Below, in pieces: positions 1-12,700 of a stretch of 64,000 nt of DNA. The notes beneath the pieces are model-generated. The model was given only the letters and a program-made list of their open reading frames with translations. It was not told the DNA's origin and searched no databases. The translations under genes and the position numbers were made by a program. The stretch is from Eutreptiella sp. 'Long Island Sound 2002' (Eukaryota > Protista > Euglenida). The DNA lies in assembly GCA_964036045.1 (NCBI GenBank), contig OZ038379.1, forward strand, positions 49,600,001 to 49,664,000, written 5' to 3'. Position 1 is the stretch's first letter, and every line of letters begins with the position of its first letter.

Positions 1-3000
1 ACGCTCCCAAACTTCCGTGCGACCCCTTGAGTTGGGATTACGGACTTCCTTGTTGACGTGTGGACTCTTGTGTTGGGGATGTAGAGTGCCACACTTCGGT
101 GTGGCCCCTTGAGCTGGGGATACACACCCCACGCTTCAGCATGCCCCCTTGAGTACGAGATACAGACTCCCGCAATTTTGTGTGGCCCATTGAGTTCCGG
201 ATACGGCCTCGCAGGTTTTGGTGTCATCCCTTTCGTTGGGGATACAAACTCCCACGCTTTAGCCTAGCCCCTCGGGTTGTGGATCCGGACTCCCCCGCTT
301 TGGAGAGGCCCCTTCAATTGCGAATACTGAGTCCCACGATTTTGGGGTGAGCCCTTGAATTCGAGATATAGACTCCCACGATTTTGGGTGGCCCTGCAAG
401 TGGGCCACGCCAACTCCCACACCTCCGTGTGGCCCGTTGAGTCGGGGACCCGGCATCCCACGCTTTTCCATAGCTTGAGTTTGAGATAAGGTTCTGTGTG
501 TCCTGTTGAGTGGGAGATACAGACAACCACGCTCCCAAACTTCAGTATGCCCTCGTGAGTTTGAGATACAAACACCCATGCTTCGGCGTGGTCCCTTCAG
601 TGGGGGATGCGGATTCCCACGCTTTTGACTGGGGGCTACAGACCCCGAGAAATTTGTGGTGCCCCTTGAGTTGGGGGGACCGACACCAAAGATTCATTGT
701 GTTCCCTTGAGTTGGGGACATGCACTGCCACGATTTCGTGTGGCCCCTTGAGTTGGGTATGCGGACTGCAACGCTTTGGTGTGGCCCCTTCAGGTGGGGA
801 TACAGACCCAAACGCTACACTTTGGCCTATTGAGTAGAGCATACCGACTTGCACGCTTGAGTTTGGCCCCTTGAGTTGGGGATACCAACTCCCACACTTC
901 AATGTGTCGCCTTGAGTAGGGGATACTAAATCCCTTGCTTTGGCATGGGATACGGACTCCCACGCTTGAGTCCTGCAAGTGGGCCACGCCAACTCCCACA
1001 CCTCCATGTGGCCCGTTGAGTCGGGGACCCGGCATCCCACGCTTTTCCATAGCTTGAGTTTGAGATAAGGTTCTGTGTGTCCTGTTGAGTGGGGGATACG
1101 GACAACCACGCTCCCAAACTTCAGTATGCCCTCGTGAGTTTGAGATACAAACACCCGTGCTTCGGCGTGGTCCCTTCAGTGGGGGATGCGGATTCCAACG
1201 CTTTTGACTGGGGGCTATGGACCCCGAGAACGTTGTGGGGCCCCCTGAGTTGGGGGGACCAACTCCAAAGATTCATTGTGTTCCCCTGAGTTGGGGACAT
1301 GCACTGCCACGATTTCGTGTGGCCCCTTGAGTTGGGTATGCGGACTGCAACGCTTTGGTGTGGCCCCTTCAGGTGGGGATACAGACCCAAACGCTACACT
1401 TTGGGCTATTGAGTAGAGCATACCGACTTGCACGCTTGAGTTTGGCCCCTTGAGTTGGGGATACCAACTCCCACACTTCAATGTGTCGCCTTGAGTAGGG
1501 AATACTAAATCCCTTGCTTTGGCATGGGATACGGACTCCCACGCTTCTGTGTGGTCCCTTTCTTTGGGAATACGGACTCCCACACTTTAGTGTGCTCGCT
1601 TGCATTGGGCATACCAACTCCCATGTTGTGGTGTGGCCCCTGGAGTTGGGGATATGGAGTCCCATAGGTCAATGTGGTCCCTTTTGTTGGGGATACGGAC
1701 TCCCACACTTCGGTGTGGGCCCTTGAGTAGGCAATACCAACTCCCATGCTCCCGTGTGGCCCCTTGATATGGGGATACGGGCTCCCACTCTTGATTGTGG
1801 CCTCCTGAGAAGGAGATATTTACTCCCACTCTACGCTGTGGCTCCTCAAGCCGGGGATTCGCGCCCTACGCTTTAGTGTGGCTCCTTGAGTTGGGGATAC
1901 GGACTGCAACGCTTCGGTGTGCGCCCTTGAGTAGGTGATACCAACTCCAGCGCTTCCATGTGACCCCTTGAGTAGGGGATATATTGAGTTGGGGATACGG
2001 ACTTCCACTATTTTTTTTGGCCCTTTGAGTTGTTGATACGGACTCCCACACTTCGGTGTGGCCCGTTGAGTGGGGGACACGGACTACCACGCTCCCAAAC
2101 TTCCGTGCGACCCCTTGAGTTGGGGTTACGGACTTCCTTGTTGACGTGTGGACTCTTGTGTTGGGGATGTAGAGTGCCACGCTTCGGTGTGGCCCCTTGA
2201 GCTGGGGATACAGACCCCACGCTTCAGTATGCCCCCTTGAGTACGAGATACAGACTCCCGCAATTTTGTGTGGCCCATTGAGTTCCGGATACGGCCTCGC
2301 AGGTTTTGGTGAGTTGGGGGGACCGACTACAAAGATTCACTGTGTTCCCCTGAGTTGCAGGCATGCACTGCCACGATTTCGTGTGGCCCCTTGAGTTGGG
2401 TATGCGGACTGCAACTCTTTGGTGTGGCCCCTTGAGGTGGGGATACAGACCCAAACGCTACACTTTGGGCTATTGAGTAGAGCATACCGACTTGCACGCT
2501 TGAGTTTGGCCCCTTGAGTTGGGGATACCAACTCCCACACTTAAATGTGTCGCCTTGAGTAGGGAATACTAAATCCCTTGCTTTGGCATGGGATACCGAC
2601 TCCCACGCTTCTGTGTGGTCCCTTTCTTTGGGAATACGGACTGGCACGCTTTAGTGTGGTCGCTTGCATTGGGGATACCAACTCCCATGTTGTGGTGTGG
2701 CCCCTGGAGTTGGGGATATGGAGTCCCATAGGTCAATGTGGTCCCTTTTGTTGGGGATACGGACTCCCACACTACAGTGTGGCCCCTTGAGTAGGCAATA
2801 CCAACTCCCACGCTCCCGTGTGGCCCCTTGATTTGGGGATACGGGCTCCCACTCTTGATTGTGGCCTCTTGAGTAGGGGATATTGACTCCCACTCTACGG
2901 TGTGGCCCCTCAAGCCGGGGATTCGCGCCCTACGCTTTAGTGTGGCTCCTTGAGTTGGGGATACGGGCTGCAACGCTTCGGTGTGCCCCCTTGAGGAGGT

Positions 3001-5262
3001 GATACCAACTCCAGCGCTTCCGTGTGACCCCTTGAGTAGGGGGTGTAGACTCCCAACTTGCGGTGTTGCCCTTGAGCTGGGGATTAGCGCCCCCACTTTA
3101 GTGTGCCCCCTTGAGTTGGGGATACGGACTCCCACTATTTTTTTTGGCCCTTTGAGTTGTTGATACGGACTCTCACACTTCGGTGTGGCCCGTTGAGTGG
3201 GGGACACGGACTGCCACGCTCCCAAACTTCCGTGCGACCCCTTGAGTTGGGGTTACGGACTTCCCTGTTGACGTGTGAACCCTTGTGTTGGGGATGTAGA
3301 GTGCCACACTTCGGTGTGGCCCCTTGAGCTGGGGATACACACCCCACGCTTCAGCATGCCCCCTTGAGTACGAGATACAGACTCCCGCAATTTTGTGTGG
3401 CCCATTGAGTTCGGGATACGGCCTCGCAGGTTTTGGTGTCATCCCTTTCGTTGGGGATACAAACTCCCACGCTTTAGCCTAGCCCCTCGGGTTGTGGATC
3501 CGGACTCCCCCGCTTTGGAGTGGCCCCTTCAATTGCGAATACTGAGTCCCACGATTTTGGGGTGAGCCCTTGAATTCGAGATATAGACTCCCACGATTTT
3601 GGGTGGCCCTGCAAGTGGGCCACGCCAACTCCCACACCTCCATGTGGCCCGTTGAGTCGGGGACCCGGCATCCCACGCTTTTCCATAGCTTGAGTTTGAG
3701 ATAAGGTTCTGTGTGTCCTGTTGAGTGGGAGATACAGACAACCACGCTCCCAAACTTCAGTATGCCCTCGTGAGTTTGAGATACAAACACCCATGCTTCG
3801 GCGTGGTCCCTTCAGTGGGGGATGCGGATTCCCACGCTTTTGACTGGGGGCTACAGACCCCGAGAAATTTGTGGTGCCCCTTGAGTTGGGGGGACCGACA
3901 CCAAAGATTCATTGTGTTCCCTTGAGTTGGGGACATGCACTGCCACGATTTCGTGTGGCCCCTTGAGTTGGGTATGCGGACTGCAACGCTTTGGTGTGGC
4001 CCCTTCAGGTGGGGATACAGACCCAAACGCTACACTTTGGCCTATTGAGTAGAGCATACCGACTTGCACGCTTGAGTTTGGCCCCTTGAGTTGGGGATAC
4101 CAACTCCCACACTTCAATGTGTCGCCTTGAGTAGGGGATACTAAATCCCTTGCTTTGGCATGGGATACGGACTCCCACGCTTCTGTGTGGTCCCTTTCTT
4201 TGGGAATACGGACTCCCACACTTTAGTGTGCTCGCTTGCATTGGGGATACCAACTCCCATGTTGTGGTGTGGCCCGTGGAGTTGGGGATATGGACTCCCA
4301 CGGGTCAGTGTGGTCCCTTGTTGGGGATACGGACTCCCACACTTCGGTGTGGCCCCTTGAGTAGGCAATACCAACTCCCACGCTCCCGTGTGGCCCCTTG
4401 ATTTGGGGATACGGACTCCCACTCTTGATTGTGGCCTCTTGAGTAGGGGATATTGACTCCCACCCTGCGGTATGGCCCCTCAAGCCGGGGATTCGCGCCC
4501 CACGCTTTAGTGTGGCTCCTTGAGTTGGGGATACGGACTCCAACGCTTCGGTGTGCGCCCTTGAGTAGGTGATACCAACTCCAGCGCTTCCATGTGACCC
4601 CTTGAGTAGGGGATATAGACTCCCAACGTGCGCTGTGGCCCCTTGAGCTGGGGATTAGCGTCCCACGCTTTAGTGTGCCCCCTTGAGTTGGGGATACGGA
4701 CTCCCACTATTTTTTTCGGCTCTTTGAGTTGTTGATACGGACTCGCACACTTCGGTGTGGCCCGTTGAGTGGGGGACACGGACTGCCACGCCCCCAAACT
4801 TCCGTGCGACCCCTTGAGTTGGGATTACGGACTTCCTTGTTGACGTGTGGACCCTTGTGTTGGGGATGTAGAGTGCCACACTTCGGTGTGGCCCCTTGAG
4901 CTGGGGATACACACCCCACGCTTGAGTATGCCCCCTTGAGTACGAGATACAGACTCCCGCAATTTCGGTTGGCCCCTTGAGTGGGCCACACCGACTCATA
5001 CGCCCGGCCGTGGCCCGTTCAGTTGGGGACCCGGCCTACCACGCTTTTGCTCAGCTTGAGTGGGAGATACAAAGTCCCGCGCTTCGGTCGGTCCCCTTGA
5101 GTGGGAGCTATGGACTTCCGCGCTGCCACGCTTCGGTGTGCACCCATGAGTTGGGGATACGGACTCCTACACTTTTGCCTGGCTTGAGTTTGAGATACAA
5201 ACTCCCACGCTTTGGTGTGCCCCTTGGAGTGGGGGATATGGACTCCCACGCTTTTGACCGGG
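1..5262 (+). repeat. Satellite A, ~41-bp monomer (consensus ~GGCCCCTTGAGTTGGGGATACGGACTCCCACGCTTCGGTGT) with higher-order repeats
   Basis: Monomer starts at 2781, 2822, 2863, 2904 (41-bp period). Near-identical translated blocks recur at offsets of 3215 bp (259/3474, 510/3725), 579 bp (510/1089) and 1064 bp (1514/2578). Confidence 0.97.
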
Positions 5263-7361
5263 GGAATGGCACAAGAAGTCGAAGTTGAAGGCAATCTCTT
5301 TCAGGGGCATTTTGTGAGGGGGTAAGAGCCAACCCATTCCGGAAAACGCGCCGTAAAAGTAGCGCGTAGCGCAGATATTCCTCTGGGCATCACTTGTGCA
5401 CCGTGAAGTAGTGAAGTAATGATGCACTATCAGGTTCCTAATAAGGACATGACGGTACAGAAGTATGTGCAGTTCGGATTTTTGGCCACATGGAAACATG
5501 TTACACTACCGGGACTTGCCGCACTAGCAAACCCTTGGGTACAAGACCTGTGTAAACATCCCTCCATCTTGCCCAATCCGTTGCCTCCCATAGTGAAAAT
5601 ACATAACTTGGCACCTTAAGAGCAACCACCACCCTAGTTTGGGGTCTTCTTGCTAGATTGTCAATTTTTCCTACCCGTGTCAAATAGCAGAGGGAAATCA
5701 TCGCTCTTCCGGCCTAGCCACTAGTTAATCTACGGCTACTTGGTCAGGCTACACGGGTAAATCTTCGCGCCGCGTGTGGTGCTCCCCCCAGTGTTACATC
5801 CTACATCTTTTGCTATCCTTGTCAGGATCCTCACAGTGGTGTGTCTGTTGGACAGTTTGGTGTCAAACCTGAACCAAACAATGCACCCAAGGATCCGCAA
5901 ATTAGATACATGGGGTAAACGGATGCAGCCAGCTGCCTTGGTAGTCCAGTGCTGCCTACCTACAGCCAAAAAGAGGACATTGACAGGACACATGACACTG
6001 TTAGACGAGAAGATGGCAGCCACTAAGAAGTAGGTCGCTAAAGAGGTCAAGTCGTAGCAGTAGGTCACACTCATTTTCCTTTTCTAATTTCCCCCATTGC
6101 GTCACTCTCCTTTCAAGGAGAGGGCATCAATAATTCATCAATAACTCAATTGTTAATGTGACGCCAGGCACCTCTTCGGCGGTCCAGCGGCAGTGTCTTC
6201 GCCCTTCTCTTCTCTTCGTTGCCGGTCTGGCAGCCGACTTGGCTTCAGACTTCTCGGACTTCTTTGACACGGGCTTAGGGTTCTTACCTTCCTTGTGCCT
6301 AGTGGTTTTCAGGGGCATTGAGCACAAGCAGGTCAAAAGGGCAATAAGCAGATATATGAGATATATCAGGGCACGGTGAACCAATTCCTTTTCACGATCC
6401 TAATAATAATAGGACAAGGCACAACGAGCATGGCACAGCAAACTCACTACTTGGCAGGAGCCTAACAACAAAAGTGCCACCCGATCTTGACAGCCGCATT
6501 GCCTCAGAACCCCAAGGGCCCCAACCTTGTCAAAATCGTGACAACTAGTGCCGAACATGTCAACCAAACACTCAAGCAACCTCATGCGGACTTCCGAGGA
6601 GGAGAAGGTGAAGCACATAAACAACACGACCTAGTGGCGGCGGTGTGACCTTGTCCTCATCCTCATCTTCATCGGATTTGCCCCACACAGGCTCACCACA
6701 AGCAAACTTCTAGCCATTAGGGTTGAAATCCAAACGCTTCCAAGAATCCACCTCCTGCACTTGTGCAACCACCTTTTTCGACATCCCCTTACCAGTGGTG
6801 CCTTGCTCATGTTCAAGTGCTCCACGTTGAGTTCAACATCTGCACGCATCAAGAGATCTGCCGGAAGAAGGGCAAAGGGCGTGGCCACCAGGGCCGAGAG
6901 GGCAAGGACATTGTCTAGCACCCGAGCACCTGAACAACGGCACTACCCAATTCACAACCTCCAAGGGCAAATCCGACTGCCCACGCATGTTGTGCGCCAC
7001 GGACCTTGGGATCTGGGGAATAGATGCATGGGGTATGCTAAAACGGCCGCCTGTGTGTTTCTATGTGTTGCGTGGATTCACTTCGTTGATCGATTTGCCT
7101 ATGACATTGAATCACAATCGGTTCTTTTGATTGTTTCTTTTCGATATTTACAATACTTGTCACTTCTCAAATTTTGGCGATGGGGCTGTGAAAATCCATA
7201 TTGAAAAATTTTTCCCGCACAAAGTGAATTCACAAGCTACAAGATACGGTCATGTCATAGGTATTTTGCAAGCGAAGCTAGATAGGCTTCAAAATGTAGA
7301 TCACATCGGAGGTTTGCCTTGAGATTCTGTCACCCGAGAACTTTTGCCGAAAAATCAGCCA

Positions 7362-8821
7362 TCAATTGTTGCCACAGCTTGCGTGCATATTGTTGCATTC
7401 CCAAATAGTGTAGGCATTGTCCACAACCACTTGCACCCCTAGGGTCCCCCGGAGGAGGCTTGGGCTGCCACTGTTGCGCAACATGCGCTTCAGCCTCCAA
7501 TAACTCCCCTCCATGGCAAAGCACGAGAACTTTGACAAGATTCTCCACTTCTTTGCAAATAAATACATGTGGTCGATCCAAAGATGCGTCCACATAAGTT
7601 TGCCACACTGGAGCTCATTGGGGGCAGTGCCCATGGCTATGCTATGTCTCCGGAGCCGCCCCAAGTCGGCCCCAGAGAACCATGCGGAACGCCAAGCGAA
7701 CACACACATGTTTGCAAAATTCTCCCACCACGTGTTGCACACCGACTCCCAACCTCCCCCTACTACTTGATGCTGCCTCACACTGGGGTGTTGTAGGCAA
7801 GCATCAATTACCTTTTCCCATCCCCTGTTGCGCATGAAATGGATGGCAACAGCACACTCCATCCTTACCTTCCCCTTGTTGTTTGCCCTCTCATTATTTA
7901 CTTAGGCATGGGTGAAAGTTTTTGCAGCAAGCCGTGCCTCATCTAAAATTGGTTACGACACGGTGCGTGCCACAGTGGCCGGTGCCTTACCTGTCAATTG
8001 TACAACTAGGTCCCGTGTCCCGTTGATGCCGCACAATAGGACACGGAGGACCCGTGGAGGCCATAATCAGCTCGCCTATCCCCCGTAATGGTCCTATATA
8101 TGGAACCTTTGGCAGCAGCCCCAATCCGGTCCGCGTCTATTGCACTTGTCGTGCCAAAGGCAGCAAGGCAAAAAGCACGGTTTTGCATGCAGACCTAGCA
8201 TAGCGTGGCTCCGGGAGATTTTGCCTTCCAGTTTTGGCAGCCCGCCATGAGCACGTGCGCGTTCCCGTCTGCAAACAAAAAAAAGGACTGCCTATCATTC
8301 CCTCCCGTATCCTTAAAACTTACGGTTGCGGCCTTGCGCAACTCATAATCAAAATTTATTTCTTGGGAGGCCGCGTAGAGGGTCTCCCATTTTTCACTGC
8401 CCCTTAGTAGCCACCAACTAGATAGTTGGTTGGGGCTGGCGGTCCCACCCAGCGCGCAATGCACATACGAGGCTTCGTGCCTCGATGTACCATCCACTGC
8501 AACATGCAACCGATGTAGCTGTCGGGCCCCGGGCTGCATGATGTCCGAAGGTGGGGGTGGTCGACACTTGTACCGGTGCCCGATGCGGTCAGGGAGGTAG
8601 CAGGCCGCACCATGGATGGCCGTGTCGTCTCCCGTATAGGCGGTGAACGCCTCGAACTCTGGTGAAGCTAGCTTCCGAAGCATGTTGTACACCTTTTCCC
8701 ATACCACACCGAACGTCATGCTCCCCACCAGGTACCGCGCCTCTGTCCTGGAAAGGTGCAACAACCAGATCCGCCAAACGGCCATAATCAACCTCTCCTC
8801 CATGCTGGGCTCAGGTTGCAC
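7362..8821 (-). pseudogene. Decayed RAG1/Transib-like DDE transposase
   Basis: Frameshifted pieces in catalytic order: AYTGDDTAIH (D2-like), GCMLQ (xxLH-like), AWRS, then THLWIDHMYLFAKKWRILSKFSCFAMEGS (H-x4-H...E spacing as in RAG1 HKTLAH...GNESG). Confidence 0.65.
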
Positions 8822-9051
8822 GGTCTGTGTACCTCTTGTCTCTTGGGTAAGTAAGGACTATTTGCCGGGTATCACGTTGCAGGGTGCTGTGAGCTCCCTG
8901 CTGACAATTTGCTGGAGGTCTTGTAGCCGCCTCCGTCGTGCAAAATCAAGCAAATACCCCAACCAAACAAAAGTAGAACACGACAAATTGTGTGATGTGT
9001 GAATTTGTGCTGTTCATTTGTTTAGTTCATTTGGGGTGTTTTGGAGCGCTG

Positions 9052-9696
9052 GGATGACACCAAAACCTCCGAGGCCGTATCCCAAACTCAATGGGCCACA
9101 CAAAATTGCGGGAGTCCGTATCTCGTACTAAAGGGGGCATACTGAAGCGCGGCACTCTACACTCCCAACACAAGGGTCCACACATAAGCAAGGAAGTCCG
9201 TAACCCTAACTCAAGGGGTCGCACGGAAGTTTGGGAGCGTGGAAGTCCGTGTCCCCCACTCAACGGGCCACACCGAAGTGTGGGAGTCCGTATCCCCAAC
9301 TCAAAGGGCCAAAAAAAACAGTGGGAGTCCGTATCCCCAACTCAAGGGGGCACACTAAAGCGTGGGACGCTAATCCCCAACTCAAGGGGCCACCCAAAAA
9401 GTTGGGAGTCTGTATGCCCTACTCAAGAGCCCACACTCAAGAGTGGGAGTCCATATCCCCAAATCAAAGGGCCACACGGAGGCGTGGGAGTTGGTATCCG
9501 CTACTCATCAAGGGGCCGCACTAAAGTGGGGCAATCGGTGTCCTAAACTCAAGGGACTAAGCAAAAGAGTGGGAGTTTGTATCTCTTACTCAATGGACCA
9601 CACCGAAGCATGGGATTCCGTTTGCCCAACTCAAGGAGGCACACCGAAGCGTGGCAGTCAGTATCCCCTACTCAAGGGGCTGCATTGAAGTGTGGG
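9052..9696 (-). repeat. Satellite A, inverted orientation
   Basis: Reverse complement of the 41-bp monomer (GTGGGAGTCCGTATCCCCAACTCAAGGGG). Confidence 0.95.
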
Positions 9697-10521
9697 TGTA
9701 CCTGCGGCTCACTTGGAAATGTGAAGTTGGGGCTCATTTGGGGCTAAAACGGCTCATTTGGGGCTAAGTGGTGTTTTTCAAGGGGTTTAATGTGAAAAGT
9801 TGTGGCTTTCGGGGGTGGGTTGGGGTTTTGGAATGTCCCCAAAGGGATCCCAATCCCTAGGCCAAGAGGATTTCACCGGGGGGGTTTCTTTTTTTCGACG
9901 GCTCAGTTGACTGAGCATCCCGACTGAGCCGTCACTGAGCCGTCACTAAGCCGGCTCACTGAGCGCTCAGTGAGGGCTCACTGAGCGCTCAGTGAGCGCG
10001 CCAAATGGCTCAGTGAGCGCTCAGTGAGCGCTCAGTGAGAGCTAATTGGGGGCTCACTCAGGGCTCACTTAACATGCACGGGCACAAATCATCCATCATA
10101 AGCACTTACTTGGTCCTTTGTCGCAATGCACGTTCCACAATCCTCCTCACCATGTTCTCCCTCCCCTTCCTCTCCCGCCGGGCACGTGACCAAGTCATGC
10201 ACCGTCGTTGGAACCCCCTTTGCTTGGTCACGGCCCTACTCTCCACCTCCCAACCTTCCTTGCGGAGGTGATCATCTAGCGTGTGGTTATCCACCACACA
10301 CTGCAAGCCGGACCTATCGTTCAGCAAGCTAACCCCCCCACTATTCCTAAGCAACCGTTTCAGTCGCACGTGGCTGCCCTCCAATGCAAAGCAACTAAAC
10401 CTTGCAATGGTCCCCCACCGTGCAACATACGCATACATGTGGTCAACCCACATGTGCGTCCACAACGTCTTCCCCCATCCCAGGTCAAGGTGCCTTGCCC
10501 CCATGGTCCGTTGCCGTTGCA
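9697..10521 (-). mobile_element. Truncated TGTACC-ended DNA transposon (3' terminus plus transposase C-terminus) inserted in the satellite
   Basis: Starts TGTACCTGCGGCTCAC at 9697. 9697-9970 matches the reverse complement of the right arm of the 47467-48025 element. The satellite rejoins across it (gtgtggg|agtccc, cf. 12321-12333) with GG duplicated (9695-96, 10522-23). Confidence 0.75.
10106..10504 (-). pseudogene. C-terminal fragment of RAG1/Transib-like transposase
   Basis: HMWVDHMYAYVARWGTIARFSCFALEGSH aligns without gaps to RAG1 [29 protein letters not shown] (recalled sequence). Clearly paralogous to 7362-7862. Confidence 0.7.
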
Positions 10522-12700
10522 GGAGTCCCTATCCCCAACGCAAGGGGGCACACCGAAGCGTGGGAGTCCCTATCCGCAACGAAAGGGACCACACCGAAGC
10601 ATGACAATTTGTATCCGCAACGAAAGGGGGCACACTGAAGCGTGGGAGTCCGTATCCCCAACTCAACGCGACACATTGAAGAATGGGAGTCCATATCCCC
10701 AAGTCAAGGGGCCAGACTCAAGCGTGGGAGGGTATCCCCTAGTCAACGGGCCACAGTGGAGCGTAAGAGTCCATATCCCCTACTCAAGGGGCCACAACAA
10801 AGCATTGGACTCCGCATACCCAACGTGAAGGGGCCACACAAATGGTGGCAGTGCATATCCCCAACTCAAGGGGCTACAGTGCGGCTTGGGAGTCCGTATC
10901 CCCAACTTAGGGGGCCCCACAAAATTGTGGGGGTCGGTATCCGCTAGTCAAAAGCGTGGGAGTCCGTATCCCCAACTCATGGGTGCACACCGAAGCGTGG
11001 CAGCGCGGGAGTCCATAGCTCCCACTCAAGGGGACAGACCGAAGCGTGGGACTTTGTATCTCCCACTCAAGCTACGCAAAAGCGTGGCAGGCCGGGTCCC
11101 CAGCTCAACGGGCCACAGCGAGGCGTGGGAGTTGGTGTGGCCGACTCAAGGGGCCACCCAAAATCGTGGGAGTCTGCATCTTGAACTCAAGGGGCCACCC
11201 ACATCTTGGAAGTCAGTATTCCCAACTGAAGGGGCCGCACCAAAGGGTGGGATTTTGTATCCCCAACTCAAGGGGCTCGGCTAAAGCGTGGTAGTCCGTA
11301 TCCCCAACGCAAGGGGCCACCCGAAATCGGGGGAGTTTGTATCCCCAACGAAAGGGATGACACCAAAACTTGCGAGGCCGTATCCCGAACTCAATGGGCC
11401 ACACAAAATTGCGGGAGTCTGTATCTCGTACTCAAGGGGGCATACTGAAGTGTGGGGTGTGTGTCCCCATCTCAAGGGGCCACACCGAAGCGTGGCACTC
11501 TACATCCCCAACACAAGGGTCCACACGTCAACAAGGAAGTCCGTAACCCCAACTCAAGGGGTCGCACGGAAGTTTGGGAGCGTGGTAGTCCGTGTCCCCC
11601 ACTCAACAGGCCACACCGAAGTGTGGGAGTCCGCATCAACAACTCAAAGGGCCAAACAAAATAGTGGGAGTCCGTATCCCCAACTCAAGGGGGCACACTA
11701 AAGCGTGGGGCGCCAATCCCTAACTCAAGGGGCCACAGCGCAGGTTGGGAGTCTATATGCCCTACTCAAGAGCCCACACTCAAGAGTCGAAGTCCGTAGT
11801 CCCAAATCACAGGGCCACACGGAAGCGTGTAAGTTCGTATAGCCTACTCAATGGGCCACACCGAAGCGTGGGAGTCTGTATCCCCAACTCAAGGGGGCAC
11901 ACTAAAGCGTGGGGCACCAATCCCAGGCTCAAGGGACCTCACCGAAGCGTGGCACTCCCTATCCCCGACGCAAGGGACCACACTCAACCCCGGGAATCCG
12001 TATCCCCTACTCCGGGGGCCGCACCGAAGCGTCGCAGTCCATATCGCCAAGTCAAGGTGTCACACGGAAGCGTTCGAGTCGGTATCCGCTGCTCATCAAA
12101 GGGCCGCCCTAAAGTGTGGGACTTGGGAATTGCTACTCAGCAAAGGGCCGCACTAAAGCATGGGAGTCGCTATCCCGACCTCAAGGGATGGGCAAAAGAG
12201 TGGAAGTTTGTATCTCTTACTCAATGGACCACACCGAAGCATGGGATTCCGTTTGCCCAACTCAAGGAGGCACACCGAAGCGTGGCAGTCGGTATCCTCT
12301 ACTCAAGGGGCCGCATTGAAGTGTGGGAGTCCCTATCCGCAACGAAAGGGACCACACCGAAGCATGACAATTTGTATCCGCAACGAAAGGGGGCACACTG
12401 AAGCGTGGGAGTCCGTATCCCCAACTCAACGCGACACATTGAAGAATGGGAGTCCATATCCCCAAGTCAAGGGGCCAGACTCAAGCGTGGGAGGGTATCC
12501 CCTAGTCAACGGGCCACAGTGGAGCGTAAGAGTCCATATCCCCTACTCAAAGGGCCACAACAAAGCATTGGACTCCGCATACCCAACGTGAAGGGACCAC
12601 ACAAATGGTGGCAGTGCATATCCCCAACTCAAGGGGCTACAGTGCGGCTTGGGAGTCCATATCCCCAACTTAGGGGGCCCCACAAAATTGTGGTTGCTGC
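10522..12700 (-). repeat. Satellite A, inverted orientation, with a ~1763-bp-offset duplication
   Basis: Same monomer reverse-complemented. Blocks at 10642 and 12405 are near-identical. 10955-11150 mirrors 4975-5175. Confidence 0.95.

Noticed and set aside
5263-7300. Protein-coding gene(s) between satellite A and the transposase relic
   Set aside because: Only short ORFs; one RWTAEEV Myb-like hint (6127-6384) is too weak to call.
9885-9900. Euglenid spliced-leader remnant (TTTTTTTCG)
   Set aside because: The upstream leader sequence is absent, and the tract is part of the MITE arm.
9955-10040. lac-operator-like GTGAGCGCTCA
   Set aside because: Only the core palindrome matches, it lies in a eukaryotic transposon array, and there is no vector sequence.
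1-12700. CRISPR array (regular ~41-bp period, partly palindromic)
   Set aside because: No unique spacers, the whole monomer is repeated with higher-order structure, and no cas genes are present; it is a satellite.
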